Shown in pieces: positions 26,690 to 36,091 of a DNA stretch of 42,065 nt; position 1 is the stretch's first letter, and every line of letters begins with the position of its first letter. Source of the stretch: a virus (taxonomy: Duplodnaviria > Caudoviricetes); the IMG/VR virus record IMGVR_UViG_3300043580_000039, positions 1 through 42,065 of that record; one strand, written 5' to 3'. Under the pieces are notes generated by a model. It had not been told where the DNA came from. It did no database searches and was given only the letters and a program-made list of their open reading frames with translations. A program made the translations under genes and the position numbers.

Positions 26690-26718
26690 TTGACTAGGGC
26701 GTTCCCCCGTGGTAGAAT
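26690..26718 (+). promoter_or_regulatory. Sigma70-type promoter ahead of the packaging/late operon
   Basis: TTGACT-17nt-TAGAAT with TGn extension. Confidence 0.65.
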
Positions 26719-27115
26719 TAGGCATCCAAAGTGTAGTGAACTTGTAGGAATGCTGAGTTTCGGGTTAACATCACTTTAAATAAACCCTGGTCTTAAAGTT
26801 TTGCTAGGGTAAGTTAACCTTAAGAATCTTCAAGCTGCTGTCTGCTTTTGCTATTTGACCTTCTCGGCTTTAAATAAAGCCGATGGAGTCATCTTGTCTT
26901 ATAGCACTTGTGACAACACGCGCGAAGATTATGCACGATTAAGATTAGAAGAGAGTCCCCTAAGACTCCTAAGATTACAACAACAGCAAAGTAAAATAAC
27001 ACCTCCCCCCTCTTTTGTTAGTGTAAAACCTCCCTTCGTTCTTAAGTCTCCCCTAGCTTTTTCCTCAGAAGCTCAAACTTTTCAAAATCCCCAACAGAAG
27101 AAAGGCAAACATCAG

Positions 27116-27526
27116 ATGCCACTCTCTCTACATAACTACAAGTTTATTCTAAACGTGCTTGTGGATATTGTTATTTATATTAGATCTGATAATAAAACCG
27201 CAACTCTTGAAGAGATCTGTCAAGCGTTAGATAAGAATATTGAAAATTTCAAAATGCATGGTATAGATTATGTTCTGGAACTACGCAGGCAACAGGAAAC
27301 TGAACTAGAAGCAGAATTAGAAGCTTCAGGTGGTTTTTTAGTTGAAACAGAACCTAGTCCTGAACCTGAACCTGAGCCTGAAGATGATAATCCTGATAAA
27401 GTAGAAATAGAAGAAGAAATAGAAGAAGTAGATTTTGAAGTAGATATTGAAGAAAGAGTAGAAAAAGAATACGAAGAAGGCCAGGAACAGCCCCAAGAAA
27501 AGGTGACTCACCATGCCACTGATTAA
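27116..27526 (+). CDS. Protein with very acidic C-terminal half
   Basis: Likely start MPLS at 27116 (AAAGG RBS); EPEPEP and E-rich tail. Confidence 0.6.
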   Translation: MPLSLHNYKFILNVLVDIVIYIRSDNKTATLEEICQALDKNIENFKMHGIDYVLELRRQQETELEAELEASGGFLVETEPSPEPEPEPEDDNPDKVEIEEEIEEVDFEVDIEERVEKEYEEGQEQPQEKVTHHATD

Positions 27527-27923
27527 ACCTGAAGTGCAGAAAATCCTACGTGAAGCAGGGCTCACTAAAGATTCTGGTGGTGATTATTCTGAGGACTTAA
27601 CTTTAGAAGGTCACTTAACAGAAGCCGGTCTATCTAGTAATGCTATTGCAGAAAATTTATCTAATATTGCTCTACATAGCGGAAATGATAATCTGAGGCT
27701 TCGGGCTTTGGAAACGGCGCTTAAGATTAAAGGCGCGCTGAAAGAACAGGTTACTGAACTTCCTAACTTTACGATAGTTATTCAAAATACCAGTCCTAAT
27801 AGTCAAGACTTATCTAAAACAGGTGGTGTAAATCCTATCCTGTTTCCAAGACAATCTTTAAATTTGAACACGAATGCAAGTCAACAAGAGCCTTCAGATT
27901 CAAAAGGGCCACTCAAAAATTAA
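27513..27923 (+). CDS. Putative terminase small subunit
   Basis: IAE.L..IA......RLRALE..LKIKG resembles a TerS oligomerisation helix; upstream of TerL. Confidence 0.45.
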   Translation: MPLIKPEVQKILREAGLTKDSGGDYSEDLTLEGHLTEAGLSSNAIAENLSNIALHSGNDNLRLRALETALKIKGALKEQVTELPNFTIVIQNTSPNSQDLSKTGGVNPILFPRQSLNLNTNASQQEPSDSKGPLKN

Positions 27924-27946
27924 ACTGCTCGTTAACTTTGCTGTAA

Positions 27947-28297
27947 ATGGAGAGACGCATGATGTCTTCTGCTAATCTAATTAACAGAGATACACAAGAT
28001 GCACAGGCACAGGCTACACAAGCGAGTATTGCTGAGGCTATACAAAAAGCCCAAGCCAAGAAAGAAAGTTTTTCTCATCTCTATATCATGTTTTATCGAC
28101 ATGGGATGAATGCGAATTTAACTAAGGGTTTTTATTTTCCTGGAACTCTTTTAGAAGCTCGCGCTCGTGCAGAGGCTCATTGTAGTGTTATGGGATATAA
28201 ATTTATATTTGTAAGGCCAATGGTATGTAATCTAGAGGAAGAAGAAAAATATAGGATGCGTGGTATGGCTGAAGGAGATATTCCTCGTGATTATTAA
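27947..28297 (+). CDS. Hypothetical protein
   Basis: ORF in operon. Confidence 0.6.
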   Translation: MERRMMSSANLINRDTQDAQAQATQASIAEAIQKAQAKKESFSHLYIMFYRHGMNANLTKGFYFPGTLLEARARAEAHCSVMGYKFIFVRPMVCNLEEEEKYRMRGMAEGDIPRDY

Positions 28298-28490
28298 AGA
28301 TATTTCATGGGAAAGAATTAGAAGTCATTTCACTGTAGAAGAGAAAGCTCTGATACGTGAAACAATAACAGGGCGTGTTATATGTCCTGCAAGTACAAGT
28401 ATTGATATTGATAGGCTTCCGGATGACCTACAAACTAAATTAACTGACTTGCTGAAAGAAGATAAGAAGATTTTGAAAGTAGGACCTTAA
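28287..28490 (+). CDS. Hypothetical protein
   Basis: GTG 28287 with AAGGAG RBS. Confidence 0.5.
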   Translation: MIIKDISWERIRSHFTVEEKALIRETITGRVICPASTSIDIDRLPDDLQTKLTDLLKEDKKILKVGP

Positions 28491-28492
28491 AA

Positions 28493-28702
28493 ATGCCAGC
28501 AGTAAGTACAAAACAAAGACAGCTCATGGCGATAGCTGAACATCACCCTACTAAGGTGTATGCAAAGAATCGTGGAGTCTTGAAAATGGCAAAAAGTCAA
28601 CTTCACGATTATGCTGCAACAAAAGGTCTTCCAGGTTCTGTTAAAAAAGCTAGCGCCAATATTTCAAAAGCGCGTTCTGGTAAAGATAATGATAGTGATT
28701 AG
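28493..28702 (+). CDS. DUF3008-like small basic protein
   Basis: MPA.S.KQ...MA.A...M...QL.DYA.TKGLP. Confidence 0.65.
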   Translation: MPAVSTKQRQLMAIAEHHPTKVYAKNRGVLKMAKSQLHDYAATKGLPGSVKKASANISKARSGKDNDSD

Positions 28703-28734
28703 AGTTAAAGTCTAACAGAGAAAAGGAAAAACGA

Positions 28735-29136
28735 ATGCTCGCAGAAATCACGCCGATTAACATTCCAGGTATGAGACCAGATAACTCACTTCCTGGTTCT
28801 GGAAATTATCCAGATAACAGTCTTCCTGGCGGTGGTGTAAGTGTTGCACCTCCAATTGTTCTACCTCCACTTCCTCCAACAGTAAAACCGCCGGTAGGAA
28901 TTTGGCCTCCACAATTACCAACTCCTGGACATCCGGCTCAACCTATTTTTATTCCTGATACTCCTGATAATTCTCTACCTCCAGAACTTCCTCCTGGTTC
29001 TGTTTGGCCTCCTCTTAATCCTGGAGATGGAATTGGAGGAAAAGTTCTAGCCTTAGTTTGGCTAGTAGGTGTAGGTTACAGATGGGCTGTTTTGCAAGGT
29101 CCACAGATTTGGCCGCCAGTGGCACAACCCAAATAG
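28735..29136 (+). CDS. Proline-rich PDNSLP-repeat protein
   Basis: PDNSLP x3, (I/V)WPP x3, hydrophobic LALVWLVGVGYRW segment; AAAGGA RBS. Confidence 0.75.
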   Translation: MLAEITPINIPGMRPDNSLPGSGNYPDNSLPGGGVSVAPPIVLPPLPPTVKPPVGIWPPQLPTPGHPAQPIFIPDTPDNSLPPELPPGSVWPPLNPGDGIGGKVLALVWLVGVGYRWAVLQGPQIWPPVAQPK

Positions 29137-29165
29137 TAAGTTTTAAAAATTCCTCAGGGGGAGGA

Positions 29166-29218
29166 AAGGGGGATAGTTTATTTTGAAGCTCCTGCTCTTC
29201 TTAGTAGACTATCCCCTT
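29166..29218 (+). terminator. Long hairpin, possible terminator or processing site
   Basis: GGGGATAGTTTATT / AGTAGACTATCCCC stem; weak U tract. Confidence 0.4.
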
Positions 29219-29235
29219 CGGATTTAAAAAGAAAG

Positions 29236-29403
29236 ATGTTAATGTGCATTATGTATTTCGATCCAATGTGTTGTTATTGTCATAAGCAAATTGGGAACCT
29301 TGGAATATTTGAAGATGATCTAGTGTTTTGTTCCGAGGTTTGTTACGAAGCTTATAAGAAGATGGCTTCAGAAGCTCCTGAGCATAGTACAGAAAGCTTA
29401 TAG
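29236..29403 (+). CDS. ~55-aa TRASH/MYM-like Zn-finger protein (not in ORF track)
   Basis: CCYC...VFCSEVC; start uncertain (several Met). Confidence 0.5.
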   Translation: MLMCIMYFDPMCCYCHKQIGNLGIFEDDLVFCSEVCYEAYKKMASEAPEHSTESL

Positions 29404-29416
29404 AAGGATTAAAGCA

Positions 29417-29644
29417 ATGGCACTAATGCAATCGTTGAGACAACAGCATTTTGTAGAAAAGAGTGCCGCGCCTACTAGCAGTAGAATGATTGAAGGTATG
29501 TCAGGTTTAAGTGAAGGTGTACCTAAAATGCACCCACTAAAAAGTTCTATGCCTGTTCTTAAAGCTGCAAGTATGATGCACAACTTAAAGATAAAGAAAT
29601 TTAAAATGCCTAGTCTTAAGTTGCCTGGCCTTAAGATACACTAA
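29417..29644 (+). CDS. Met/Lys-rich basic protein
   Basis: AAGGA RBS; precedes TerL. Confidence 0.55.
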   Translation: MALMQSLRQQHFVEKSAAPTSSRMIEGMSGLSEGVPKMHPLKSSMPVLKAASMMHNLKIKKFKMPSLKLPGLKIH

Positions 29645-29652
29645 CTAGGCAA

Positions 29653-31146
29653 ATGGATTTAACAGTTCAATTTGCGAATATAGCTCAGGAAGCTTTCTAC
29701 TATGCAACAGCCCGCAATCAATGCTTTAGTGGAGGTTTTAATAATGGTAAGACTTGGGTGGGCTGCTTTAAAAGCTTTAACCTACTTAATATATTTCCTA
29801 ACTATCGCATGTTGATAGCGCGCCAGAAGTATACAGATCTCAAGCGCACAACAATGCAGACATTTTTTAAACAGATGCCCAATGAGCTTATTGACGCGCA
29901 TAATGAGCAGGATGGTTTTACTGTCCTTAAAAATGGCTCACTAATAAATTGGTTGCACCTGGATAATATTGATGAGAATACTTTACGTGGTATCGAACCT
30001 AATTCTATTTTAGTAGATCAGGCTGAGGAAACAGAAGAGAAAGTTTATGATGTTTTAGATGCTCGCGTAGGCCGGTGGGATGGCGTGGTAGTGCCGGTTC
30101 CACTTTTGGAAATGCACGAAAAAATCTTTGATACACCTTGGCCAATGAACAAATACGGAAAGTACATCGTGCCAAGTTATCTCATGATGCTTTGTAACCC
30201 TGATACTGAGTTTAGTTATATTTTTAGGAAATATCACCCAGATAGTCCTGAGAGAGTACCTGGATATTTTTTCTGTGAAGGTGAATGGCAGAGAGATCTT
30301 GGTTCTGAAGAAAGTTATGACCAAGCTTTAAATAGGGATGCAGAATGGGTAGATAAATATGTTAGAGGAAAGTGGGGCACAAGCCAAGCTGCGATTCACT
30401 TTATACGTAAAGATAGTATTCTAGAGCCTACAGAAGAATTGTTAGAGCTTGTTTTAACTAAAGGTAACCTATTTAGAGTTCTGGATCATGGAGATACTGC
30501 ACCTACTTGTTGTTTGTGGGTTGCAGCAGTAGCAGGAGTTTATATTGTCTACAGAGAATATTATACTGCTGGTAGGATGATATCTTTTCATAGGCAATCT
30601 ATATCAGAGTTAAGTGGTTTAGAATATTATAGCGGTAACTACGCAGATCCGCAGATCTTCAAAAAGCTATCACAAAAATCAGGTGGTTTTTGGAGTGTTA
30701 GTGATGAATACAGAGACTCAGATCTTGAAGCTCCTGAATTACTTTGGACTCCTGCGGACAATAACGAGTTTGCAACACGAAATAGAATTAACGAACTCCT
30801 TCAACAAAGCCCCAGGTTCAGACATCCTCTTACAAAAGAAACTAATGCACCTGGACTCTATTTTATCAAAGCTGATGCCAATTATCCTCAAGGATGTAGA
30901 GAAGCTATTAGGCAACTTGGTGCACAGCGAAAAAAATTCCTCGGTACAGTAAATGGTAAAAGTCAATATAGTGATGATAGGGATGATAATATTCCAGATC
31001 ATGCTTATGATTGTATTAGATATTTTGTAGCTCAACACGGTTCACAGCCGCGCGCTTCACAAAAAAGACCCCCAAGAAATTCTTTTGCTTACTTTAACTC
31101 TCTGCTGAATAAGTCTTTAGGTTACTCTGCTAATTCTACCCAGTAG
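29653..31146 (+). CDS. terL: Terminase large subunit
   Basis: Q motif, Walker A GGFNNGKT, LRG, Walker B ILVDQAEE, motif III CNP, nuclease LDHG, ADP, DHAYDCIRY. Confidence 0.92.
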   Translation: MDLTVQFANIAQEAFYYATARNQCFSGGFNNGKTWVGCFKSFNLLNIFPNYRMLIARQKYTDLKRTTMQTFFKQMPNELIDAHNEQDGFTVLKNGSLINWLHLDNIDENTLRGIEPNSILVDQAEETEEKVYDVLDARVGRWDGVVVPVPLLEMHEKIFDTPWPMNKYGKYIVPSYLMMLCNPDTEFSYIFRKYHPDSPERVPGYFFCEGEWQRDLGSEESYDQALNRDAEWVDKYVRGKWGTSQAAIHFIRKDSILEPTEELLELVLTKGNLFRVLDHGDTAPTCCLWVAAVAGVYIVYREYYTAGRMISFHRQSISELSGLEYYSGNYADPQIFKKLSQKSGGFWSVSDEYRDSDLEAPELLWTPADNNEFATRNRINELLQQSPRFRHPLTKETNAPGLYFIKADANYPQGCREAIRQLGAQRKKFLGTVNGKSQYSDDRDDNIPDHAYDCIRYFVAQHGSQPRASQKRPPRNSFAYFNSLLNKSLGYSANSTQ

Positions 31147-31213
31147 TTCTGCTAGTTCTGCTAGTTCCAACCTGCTGATAAGTACCCTCCAAAAATTTTA
31201 GTAAAGAAAGGGC

Positions 31214-33106
31214 GTGTCTCTAATGCCCGAAAAAGACTATAGTGCTATTTGCAATCCCTGGAAACATCGGATTGACGCTGCTAATAAAATGTTCGGGGAA
31301 TGGGAGGGTAAATTTAAGTGTAAATTGCTAGAAGAATACTATGAAGGATTCCAATGGAAGCAACGGAGGGATTATCCTACTACGAATTACAATCCTTATA
31401 CTCTTAATCTGGTGTATTCTACTATTAAGATCAAACTAGCGGGCGTGCTGTTTCAGAAACCTACCTATAAAATACAACCGAGCCCTGGAAATAGCCAGTG
31501 GAATTTAGATTTCGCGGTTCAAAGTGCCCAGCTAAAAGAAGATGTTCTAAATACGATAGTACAGAATCAGAATGTTAATTTTACTAAGCATATCAAGCGG
31601 GCGGCTTTAGATAGTTTTTTCAGGTTTGGAATTATAGAGGTAGGTTATGCTAATGATTGGCGAAATCCACAGAAGATAGACCCAAAGTTGAAGAGTTGGG
31701 ACGAACCAGATATTCCACAACAGGATGATAAAATTGTTGATGAGAATCTGGTACCTGTGAATGAAAGATTTTACATAAAACGAATTTGGCCGCACAGGTT
31801 CAGAGTATGCGCTAGTGAAGCTACAGATTTAAATGATTGTGACTGGATGGGATACTATGATTACTATTATACCCGTACATTGCAAAATACTCCAGGTATC
31901 AATTGGCCTGATAATTATAGTGGTGGATCTTATGTTAGTGCTGAATATGCGTCCGGATTCGTGGGCGGAGGATCAGGATATGCAAGTAACGATGATACAC
32001 TTAAGACACTTTATAATAGTGGAGAAATAAGCAGAGTTTGGCATATCTGGGATCAAATAAGTGGAAAAAGACTCTTGCTACTTGATGATTATGAAATGAC
32101 GGAATTGTGGTCCACAGATTTTAAACGGCATCCTTTTCTTGATCTGCGGTGGGATTACAGAATCCGTGGTTTTTATCCTTTGCCACCTGTTTTCCAATGG
32201 CTAAGTCCACAAGATGAGATTAACGAAGCTAGAGAACAGGTAAGATCTTACAGAAGGCGCTTTACAAGAAAGTTTCAAACTGTTAAAGGTCTTATAGATG
32301 AGGAAGAGAAGGAAAAGTTTGCAAGTGGACCTGATGGTATTCTGATAGAAGTTAAACAAGCTGATGCTATTAAAGCTATTGATAACCCTGAAATTGGCCC
32401 AACAAGTGAGAATGCTCTAGTATTAGCTAAGGATGACTTTAATATTGTTAGTGGAACTTCGGCTGAAGCAAGGGGACAAGATTCTGACAGGGAAACTGCA
32501 ACTCAAGCGAAAATTATTCAATCAAGAGCAATGATTCGTGAGAGTGCAGAACAGATGGATTTTTCACAGTGGCTGTGTCTGATAGGGCGGGAGTTACTTT
32601 GCCAACTGCAAGAAAGATTAGTTGATGGGCTTTGGGTAAAGTACACTCAAAATCCAAGTCCTGATGGTCAACCTGATCCGCAACAAATACAACAACCTAC
32701 ATATAAATATGTTACTAGTCAGGAAATAGACGATGGTTATGATTATGAAATAGATTTTGATGTACAAAATAGCACTCCGCAAGCTATGCAAGCTGCACAA
32801 CAGAGTTTTGTTAACTTCTTAAGTTTGCTTGGTAACTTTCCTATGATAATGAAAAGTCCTGCAATGATTAGAGAAGCTGCTTATAGGGTAGGTTATAAGA
32901 ATGAACAAATAATTAAACAAGCTCAACAAGTTGCGATAACGCAGGCTCAAATAGAAGCTCAACAAATGCAACAACAGCAACAATCAGGTCAAGTAGGAAG
33001 TGGCGGTGGCCCTGGTCCTGGAAACGCAGCAAAAACTCAAACTGCACAAATGCAAACTCCAGTCACTTCCCAAATCAACGAACAGTTAAGTGGGCAGATT
33101 CAGTAA
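31214..33106 (+). CDS. Portal protein (P22-like)
   Basis: EYYEGFQW, LN, G..EV, Q.EIN, SG....RG...ETAT motifs; Gln-rich C-terminal barrel; follows TerL. Confidence 0.85.
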   Translation: MSLMPEKDYSAICNPWKHRIDAANKMFGEWEGKFKCKLLEEYYEGFQWKQRRDYPTTNYNPYTLNLVYSTIKIKLAGVLFQKPTYKIQPSPGNSQWNLDFAVQSAQLKEDVLNTIVQNQNVNFTKHIKRAALDSFFRFGIIEVGYANDWRNPQKIDPKLKSWDEPDIPQQDDKIVDENLVPVNERFYIKRIWPHRFRVCASEATDLNDCDWMGYYDYYYTRTLQNTPGINWPDNYSGGSYVSAEYASGFVGGGSGYASNDDTLKTLYNSGEISRVWHIWDQISGKRLLLLDDYEMTELWSTDFKRHPFLDLRWDYRIRGFYPLPPVFQWLSPQDEINEAREQVRSYRRRFTRKFQTVKGLIDEEEKEKFASGPDGILIEVKQADAIKAIDNPEIGPTSENALVLAKDDFNIVSGTSAEARGQDSDRETATQAKIIQSRAMIRESAEQMDFSQWLCLIGRELLCQLQERLVDGLWVKYTQNPSPDGQPDPQQIQQPTYKYVTSQEIDDGYDYEIDFDVQNSTPQAMQAAQQSFVNFLSLLGNFPMIMKSPAMIREAAYRVGYKNEQIIKQAQQVAITQAQIEAQQMQQQQQSGQVGSGGGPGPGNAAKTQTAQMQTPVTSQINEQLSGQIQ

Positions 33107-33126
33107 TTGAAAAGGAGATTCAAAAG

Positions 33127-33273
33127 ATGATTACAGTACACTTTATTATCTTAGTACTCGCTTTCGTATTAGTTTTACTCTATGCTATGGGTGCTAGAAC
33201 TCCTAAAATAGACTTAGGTTGGCTTGGATTTGCTTTGTTTATCCTAGATTTTCTATTGGTTAATATTAAGTAG
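33127..33273 (+). CDS. 48-aa two-TM membrane protein (not in ORF track)
   Basis: MITVHFIILVLAFVLVLLYAMGARTPKIDLGWLGFALFILDFLLVNIK; AAAGGAG RBS. Confidence 0.75.
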   Translation: MITVHFIILVLAFVLVLLYAMGARTPKIDLGWLGFALFILDFLLVNIK

Positions 33274-33284
33274 GGAGAAATAAA

Positions 33285-34184
33285 ATGGCAGAACAACAGG
33301 ACACCGCAATAGACACTACACTAACTAGTGCAATCACACAAGCTGTAGCTACTCACAGAGAAATCGACCCACAAGATAAGTCTGATGTAAAAGTAGAGGA
33401 CAGGGAAGATAGTCAGGACAAAAAAGATGACGAAACCAAGAAAGAAGATAAGAAAGACGATACTAAGCAGGCGGAAGCAGATCAGGACATATTAGATAGA
33501 GAACAAGGTATTGCACTAATAAAGGCGCTGCGGAATCCAGAACAGGCAGCTTTTGTTATTGACTACATGGCAAAACAAGCTGGTTACACAAAACAGACTG
33601 TTGAAACAAAGCAGGATGTTAAAGAAGCTCAAGCTGATATTAATGCTATTTTAGAACGTAATCTAGGTGAGGATTTTAAGTTTCTAGCCCCTAAGCTTGC
33701 TCCTGCAATTAAAGAAACACTGGAAGCGATGCTAGCTGCTAAAAATGGAGAAGAGCTTGGTTCTCTGAGAGCCCGGATTGAAAAACAGGAACTGCGCGAA
33801 ATACAAAGTGAGACTTTAAAAACTCACAAGGATCTTTCTCAGGAGTGGTTTGGTGCAGATGATATGCCTGCAAATGTTATCCAAGAAATGACAAAAGCTA
33901 TGGATGAGTTTCCTCCTAGTGATCCAAACATGACTCCCGAACGTTATTACAGAAGAATTTTTGCTTTGGTTGCTGGTGAGTTGGAACTTACTAAAACTGG
34001 AAATAAAGGGCGCGGTAGCATAGATAAAACTGCAAGAAATAGATCTGATGCTACTGCAAGAAATCTAGCCTCGCAGAATCGGGGGGTTACACCTAATGTT
34101 GATGGCGCTAATCCAAAAAAGCTTTCTTTGAAAGATGCAGTTTCGCTAGCTCTTGAACAGGTGGAACAAGCGTCTAGAAAGTAA
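33285..34184 (+). CDS. Scaffolding protein
   Basis: Acidic N-terminus, helical, C-terminal SLKDAV helix; directly upstream of the MCP. Confidence 0.7.
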   Translation: MAEQQDTAIDTTLTSAITQAVATHREIDPQDKSDVKVEDREDSQDKKDDETKKEDKKDDTKQAEADQDILDREQGIALIKALRNPEQAAFVIDYMAKQAGYTKQTVETKQDVKEAQADINAILERNLGEDFKFLAPKLAPAIKETLEAMLAAKNGEELGSLRARIEKQELREIQSETLKTHKDLSQEWFGADDMPANVIQEMTKAMDEFPPSDPNMTPERYYRRIFALVAGELELTKTGNKGRGSIDKTARNRSDATARNLASQNRGVTPNVDGANPKKLSLKDAVSLALEQVEQASRK

Positions 34185-34194
34185 AGACGTAAAC

Positions 34195-35343
34195 GTGGCT
34201 CTAACGTTCGGTAATCAGACGGCTCCAAATAATATTACGACTTATCTGGACTCAGTGTTCAGCACAAGTTTAGCTAATTATAGAAAAACTCTGATTGATA
34301 ACATCGGGGCAACTAATTCTATTCTATATGATCTTATTAAAGGTGAAAGCTATGAAGAAGCTGACGGCGGCACATACATAGCAGAAGAATTAATGTATGG
34401 ACTCGCACCGGCGGATTCGTACGATGGCTATGATGAGCTTTCTACTTTACCTACTGATGGTATTACTCAAGCTCAATATGAGTGGCGTCAAGTAGCAAGT
34501 CCTATTGTTTATAATACTAAGGAAGTAGTTCAGAACGAACATAAAATTATTAACCTTGTTAAAGCTAGAATCCAGCAATCAGAACTTGGTATTCAAGAAG
34601 CCTGGGCTCAAGCTTTTATGTGGGGAGCAGGTGCTGGAAATATGCAAACTCCCAAAACTAGTACTGTTAATGGTTCTTATAATGTTGAGCCTTTGCCGAA
34701 ACTAGTAAGTTATAATACTGCCGGTCAGGATGCTATCAGTGGAGTTAATGCGACTGGTGCAGCTTTAACTGTTGGTGGTATTCCTGAAACTCCTAATACA
34801 TGGTGGCAGAATCACTGGGGAACTAGTGCAGCTACCAGTTATAGTACTTTTATGTATGAGTTAGAGAGCATGTATAATCTTACTACTTTAGGAACTGGTG
34901 GTGCCCCAAGTCATATGATGATGGATCAGGTTACCTACCAGAATTTTATTCATGCTTATTTTGCAGTTTATAAGGCTAATGCAGATGCTCTAAATAATGA
35001 GTATCCTTTTGTTGGTAAGAAGTTTTTGAATGCTAAAGTTATCATGGATGATAAAGTTCCTGATGTCTACAGTAACAGGCCCGGTACTCAAGTTGGTGGT
35101 ACGGTGAATCCTGGAACTATGACTTATGGATCTTGCTACTATGTTAATGCTAAATTCTTTAAGATCCGGTATCACCCCTCAAGAAATTGGGATATGTTGA
35201 AGGATGAGAACGGTAACACTTTTGCTAAACCTATCAATGGTGATTCTCGTGTTGGCCATGTTGGTTGGATGGGAAATGTTACTGTTAATAATAGACGTAA
35301 ACATGGAGTATTAGGGAAGTTTGCACGTAGTTACGCTAACTAA
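34195..35343 (+). CDS. Major capsid protein (HK97 fold)
   Basis: L.DNI......L......GG..I...L.Y....YDGYD.L pattern; size and synteny; likely GTG start at 34195. Confidence 0.85.
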   Translation: MALTFGNQTAPNNITTYLDSVFSTSLANYRKTLIDNIGATNSILYDLIKGESYEEADGGTYIAEELMYGLAPADSYDGYDELSTLPTDGITQAQYEWRQVASPIVYNTKEVVQNEHKIINLVKARIQQSELGIQEAWAQAFMWGAGAGNMQTPKTSTVNGSYNVEPLPKLVSYNTAGQDAISGVNATGAALTVGGIPETPNTWWQNHWGTSAATSYSTFMYELESMYNLTTLGTGGAPSHMMMDQVTYQNFIHAYFAVYKANADALNNEYPFVGKKFLNAKVIMDDKVPDVYSNRPGTQVGGTVNPGTMTYGSCYYVNAKFFKIRYHPSRNWDMLKDENGNTFAKPINGDSRVGHVGWMGNVTVNNRRKHGVLGKFARSYAN

Positions 35344-35406
35344 TCTTCAAACAGTCAACTCAACAAACGGGTTAGCCCCCGACTGAAAATGTGAAAGAGG
35401 CTATAA

Positions 35407-35964
35407 GTGAGAACAAAGCTAATTGAATCAAATAAACCTGAAAAGTACATTCACAATGTACGAAATGTGGATACAAGTCCGCAGGGTTTGACAATTCCTA
35501 CTGGATCACCTTTGGTTTTAAACCTGAGTAGTGTTCCTCAACCTCCAACTTATACAAATTCTCTACCTGCTGGATGGGAAGATGGTTTACAAGTGGTACT
35601 TCCAAATACTGCTGGTGTAAATCCAACCCAACTTTTCTTTTACGGAGTAGCTACTGGACCTATCCTAGTTCAACAATTGGGAGAAGCAGTAGTTTTTGGT
35701 GTTTGTCAAGCTGCTGTTATCAGAGGTACAAGAAGTGCTACAACTGCACCTTGGCCTTCTGGAGCTAGCGCTGCTGTGGCAAGTAACTTTTTAGTCATTG
35801 ATGTTCCTAATAATGCTTTTGCAACAGCTGCTAGTGTTTCTAGTGTTGAAGCTACTATCATTCTGTTGGATAATTTTACGAGTTATTCAAGTTCTGCTTC
35901 GAGTGCAGGCGATACAAGAACTGCATTCTCACAACTTGCAAGAGCTTTTGTTAGACTTATGTAG
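35407..35964 (+). CDS. Capsid decoration/cement protein
   Basis: Follows the MCP; FYGVA...G.AVVFG pattern; Ser/Ala/Thr-rich. Confidence 0.6.
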   Translation: MRTKLIESNKPEKYIHNVRNVDTSPQGLTIPTGSPLVLNLSSVPQPPTYTNSLPAGWEDGLQVVLPNTAGVNPTQLFFYGVATGPILVQQLGEAVVFGVCQAAVIRGTRSATTAPWPSGASAAVASNFLVIDVPNNAFATAASVSSVEATIILLDNFTSYSSSASSAGDTRTAFSQLARAFVRLM

Positions 35965-36036
35965 TAAGTGATATTGTTAGTCTTTAGTTCCGTTAGCAGC
36001 TTACGTGTGTGTGTTCTGAGTAAATTCATGTGGCTA

Positions 36037-36069
36037 CGGGGGGCTCGGAATCTTGGGTCCCCCGCTTTT
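36037..36069 (+). terminator. Terminator after the capsid genes
   Basis: CGGGGGGCTCGG / TTGGGTCCCCCG stem (several G-U pairs), then TTTT. Confidence 0.6.
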
Positions 36070-36091
36070 AAATAAAATAGGAGAATATGAA

